From Sulfolobaceae archaeon (lineage in GTDB: Archaea; Thermoproteota; Thermoprotei_A; Sulfolobales; Sulfolobaceae), in NCBI GenBank assembly GCA_038893355.1, contig JAWARQ010000002.1, forward strand, positions 160,001 through 224,000: DNA of 64,000 nucleotides, in the 5' to 3' direction. Below are positions 60,523 through 64,000 of this stretch, one piece after another. Below the pieces are notes generated by a model. The model saw only the letters and a list, made by a program, of their open reading frames with translations. It searched no databases and was not told where the DNA came from. Both the position numbers and the translations under genes were made by a program. The first letter of the stretch is position 1. Each line of letters opens with the position of its first letter.

Positions 60523-61763
60523 TAACTTAAATCAGTTCCAGTTTTATCTTTATTTACTATTGCTCCTATTAAGCCTACTATATAGCCGGATATTATCAAG
60601 AGAAAGTAACCTAAAACATCTCTAGCTATTATTGGTGCTAGAATGAGGGCTACTGCTGAGCCAATATTTGCTGTATTCCATAGGAATCCTACAGCGGATG
60701 CTCTAACTCTTGTAGGGAACAATTCAGATATATGAGCTAACATTATACCACCTGAAAGTCCTACAAGTCCAACTAAAAGACCGCTTCCTAAAGTTACGAG
60801 GAAAATATTATTACCTAAAAGGAGTATTATTGAAGGATAGCTAAAGATTATACCAATTGCGATGTATAGTATAAATGATCTTTTTCTACCTAATAGATTA
60901 CTTAAAGTACCTCCGATGATAGTTAGTATTGCACCTATTATTGATGCAAAGCCTAATGCAGTCAAAACAAAGTCTCTAGGATATCTTAGAAAGCTTATTA
61001 AATACGTTGGCAAAAAACCTAATGTTGAATACGCAACCCAGTAAATTCCGCACAATAAAAGCAAAACCTTTAAGACTTCTTTTCCGTGTTCTCTAAATAA
61101 TGTTGCTACTGGAATTCTCTCAATCCTCCCCTTATTCTTTATATCGGAGAATAATGCAGATTCTCCTACAGTAATTCTTAATAATATTCCAACTATAGCT
61201 ACTAATAAACCTATGTAAAAAGCGTATCTCCATCCTATACTACTAAATGCGGAACCGAAATATGCAACTAGTCCTAAAAACGTAAAAGCAGCTAAAGAGT
61301 AACCCCAGTAATAACCAGATTGTAATATTCCGCTCGATAATCCTCGAAATCGCTTTTCAGATTCTTCAATTGCTATTAAATGAGAACCAGAAACCTCTCC
61401 TCCTACAAATATTCCTACTATTAACCTTAATAATACAAATAAAATACTAGCTAAAATTCCAATCTCTGAATAGGTAGGTAATACCCCAGTAAGCGCAGTA
61501 GAAATTCCTAACCCTAATAATGTTATCATCATTATTATTCTTCTTCCTAGCCTATCTGCTAGGTTACCAAAAACTATTCCGCCTACTGGTCTAGCTAATA
61601 ATGTTAGTGCATAACTTGAAAAAACTAACAATAATTGTGCAGTTGGAGAGAATGTGGGAAAAAATGTGCTAGAAATTATGTTTGTGATAAATAATATTAA
61701 CGTTAGATCAAATACGTCTACAATCCAACCTATTGTGCCCCCTATTAATGCTCTTATGTTCAT
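60519..61763 (-). CDS. MFS transporter, metabolite:H+ symporter type
   Basis: ARPVGGIVFGNLADRLGRR, GGE, SELFPTRVRAS. Confidence 0.9.
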   Translation of the reverse strand: MNIRALIGGTIGWIVDVFDLTLILFITNIISSTFFPTFSPTAQLLLVFSSYALTLLARPVGGIVFGNLADRLGRRIIMMITLLGLGISTALTGVLPTYSEIGILASILFVLLRLIVGIFVGGEVSGSHLIAIEESEKRFRGLSSGILQSGYYWGYSLAAFTFLGLVAYFGSAFSSIGWRYAFYIGLLVAIVGILLRITVGESALFSDIKNKGRIERIPVATLFREHGKEVLKVLLLLCGIYWVAYSTLGFLPTYLISFLRYPRDFVLTALGFASIIGAILTIIGGTLSNLLGRKRSFILYIAIGIIFSYPSIILLLGNNIFLVTLGSGLLVGLVGLSGGIMLAHISELFPTRVRASAVGFLWNTANIGSAVALILAPIIARDVLGYFLLIISGYIVGLIGAIVNKDKTGTDLSY

Positions 61764-61805
61764 ATTCTAATTTTTTCTCGTTCTAGTTTAAAAGTATTAA
61801 TTACT

Positions 61806-63152
61806 CTAATTAGTTTTTAACGAATATTTAACATATCCATTAGAGATGCTTTCTACATATATTGGATAGCTAAATATTCCAAAGTCATTAATATAATAAT
61901 ATGCTGGTATTGACAGATAAAAGTAGAAGCCATTAGTAAACCTATCATAGGGCCATAATCTAGCAGTTTTTACAAAGCCATATTCCCAATACCCCTTTAA
62001 ATTTATCGGAGCCCATAATGTTGCATTATAAAAACTTCCATTCTGTATAGCAGAGACTTTTAAGTAATTGCCTGTAGAGTTAGTAAATATGTATAAATTC
62101 ACTTTCCATGGTAAATATGGATATATTTTAGAAAATACTGCCACTATAGAATACCCACTATGCCTTTCTTGTCCATCGAAATAAGCACTAACTATAAATC
62201 TTATTACTAAACAATGGAAGCAAGAATTATTAGGAATCCCATAACCAAAGTTAGTATTATCTCTAATCTCTATTAAGAATGGCCAATAAGTTACATTATA
62301 ATAATTATTATAATACATTATCATAGATTTTTCATAACCAAAATCTTGCTGATTTGAATACCAAACATTAAGTTGATTTGGATTAATACTAAGCCTTCCA
62401 GTTGGGAAAATTAAGAGCAGCATGTATGGTTCATCCATGTAATAAGAAGGAGTGCTTTGAGTTCTCGGTAAGCCGAGGGAGGAAATTATTATGCTCGTAT
62501 TATAGTATGGTAAAGCTAATGTAATATTATTTATTCCGAGCGGAGTCATTTCAGGGTAATATATTTTACCCTGAAAGATGTAATCAAAGTATGTTTTACT
62601 ATTACTAACATAGTAATACACGGATGAGTAAATATTAGACTCTGGGATTGGTGCATAATATTTTAAATCACTAAAACCTAAAGAGTATCGTAAAGCATCG
62701 TTTTGATTACCTTGCTGTTGTATATTGGTAACATTTATCCAATACCCATCTCTAGTAACTAAAATAGCCCATGAGGCATTCCCTAAAATCTCCTTAATAG
62801 GAATTCTAGATTGTATAGGGATATCTAACTTCTTAATAGAGTTATTAGGGTAAATTATGTAAGATAAAATTGTTGATTTAGTAGAAATTATATAAGGTTC
62901 TCCATTTATTAGTAACTCGTTAAGTATTGGTTTATTCATGGCATTATTTATCTCATTTATTGCATCTTGCTGCAAGTTATTTTGATTATTAATAATTATA
63001 TATACTAAAGCTAATGAAGAAATTAAAATTAGAATTATTATAATGCTACCTATAACTGTGGATACTCCTTTCATACCAGCTAATTCATTAAAAGAATTGA
63101 GAGAGATTTCCGAAATTGAATTAAAGAGTCTTTTACGTAATGTAGGTTTCAT
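61806..63152 (-). CDS. surface protein with archaeal class III (pilin-type) signal peptide; likely start at 63074
   Basis: MKG/VSTVIGSIIIILILI; Y/N-rich body with many NxS/T sequons. Confidence 0.65.
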   Translation of the reverse strand: MKPTLRKRLFNSISEISLNSFNELAGMKGVSTVIGSIIIILILISSLALVYIIINNQNNLQQDAINEINNAMNKPILNELLINGEPYIISTKSTILSYIIYPNNSIKKLDIPIQSRIPIKEILGNASWAILVTRDGYWINVTNIQQQGNQNDALRYSLGFSDLKYYAPIPESNIYSSVYYYVSNSKTYFDYIFQGKIYYPEMTPLGINNITLALPYYNTSIIISSLGLPRTQSTPSYYMDEPYMLLLIFPTGRLSINPNQLNVWYSNQQDFGYEKSMIMYYNNYYNVTYWPFLIEIRDNTNFGYGIPNNSCFHCLVIRFIVSAYFDGQERHSGYSIVAVFSKIYPYLPWKVNLYIFTNSTGNYLKVSAIQNGSFYNATLWAPINLKGYWEYGFVKTARLWPYDRFTNGFYFYLSIPAYYYINDFGIFSYPIYVESISNGYVKYSLKTN

Positions 63153-63254
63153 AAATGGTTTTTATTATATGATGATTGAGAATATACATTCTTTTTAATT
63201 TCTTAACGACTAATATATAGTAGTTTAAGAGATAGAGCTATATAGTTCGAACTG

Positions 63255-63280
63255 TCGAAATTTATAAATATAAATTTCGA
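63255..63280. promoter_or_regulatory. perfect palindrome upstream of gltB, putative operator
   Basis: TCGAAATTTATA-aa-TATAAATTTCGA. Confidence 0.45.
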
Positions 63281-63370
63281 TGTAAAAGTTCAATATATAA
63301 ACTATAATCTACGATAATTTTTCCCATTAACAAATATATAGTTACTTTTACACAACTTTTCGAGATAAGA

Positions 63371-64000
63371 TTGCTTATAATAAACAAGTATCTTCAAGTA
63401 CCAAAATCGGCAGATAAAGAATTTTGGGATATAGAAAGAATAGAGCATATTAGAAAACTAGCATTAACTGGGAAGCCGTATAAAATCTTTGAAGTTAGAA
63501 ACTCGTTAAGGATTCTAGATAGAATTCAATTCAAACTTAATGGGGATATAAAAATCTCTGATAATCCAACTGCTAGTACTTCTACTACAATAGCAGGAAT
63601 TTACATGTCTTCCCCATTATATCTTGGAGACATGTCTTATGGTGCACTCAGTGGAAATCCTAATATAGCTATTGCAAGGGTAGCAGATATGGCTGAAATA
63701 CTAGCTGGTAACGGTGAGGGTGGATTACATCCAGAAGTAGGCAAACATAAGAGAATTTTTATCCAGTGGGCTTCTGCAAGATTCGGAATAGATATTAATG
63801 TACTAATGAAAGGTATGGGTGTCGTAATAAAAATAGGTCAGGGTGCAAAACCAGGAATTGGTGGCCATCTCCCTGGAAGTAAGGTTACAGAACCTATTTC
63901 TTTAACAAGAAGAATACCAGTGGGGATCGATGCGATTTCTCCTGCACCCCATCATGATATTTACTCGATAGAGGATCTAGGTCAAAGGATAGAAGCATTA
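63371..64000 (+). CDS. gltB: glutamate synthase FMN-binding subunit, 5' part (runs off the window, absent from the ORF track)
   Basis: TTG start; translated by eye: [50 protein letters not shown]. Confidence 0.92.
   Translation, partial: MLIINKYLQVPKSADKEFWDIERIEHIRKLALTGKPYKIFEVRNSLRILDRIQFKLNGDIKISDNPTASTSTTIAGIYMSSPLYLGDMSYGALSGNPNIAIARVADMAEILAGNGEGGLHPEVGKHKRIFIQWASARFGIDINVLMKGMGVVIKIGQGAKPGIGGHLPGSKVTEPISLTRRIPVGIDAISPAPHHDIYSIEDLGQRIEAL

Overview
AT-rich chromosomal segment of a thermoacidophilic crenarchaeon of the order Sulfolobales, judged from Sul7d, Cbp1, a CdvB paralog, Orc1-3/Cdc6-3 and the acetyl-/propionyl-CoA carboxylase of the 3HP/4HB cycle. Most of it is housekeeping and metabolic genes: rubrerythrin cluster, TIP49, Hel308, acc/pcc, tat, leuCD, trpS, transporters, thiolase, PP2A-vWA and the start of gltB. 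Reading the sequence directly also shows: tRNA-Val(CAC); six well-formed and one doubtful box C/D guide sRNAs; a probable oriC2 beside cdc6-3; a decayed IS1-family element with 38-bp inverted repeats interrupted by a 71-bp IS110-like mini-insert; an orphan IS200/IS605 (tnpB)-end remnant; and several perfect short repeats inside genes. The best candidate for an uncharacterised system is 52.5-60.5 kb: a short TGT/DpdA-like gene plus an ArcS-core gene, followed by a HerA - large P-loop ATPase - coiled-coil protein - NurA operon lacking Mre11/Rad50. Family calls, rRNA/tRNA targets and IS resemblances come from motif recognition and memory, not from searches.
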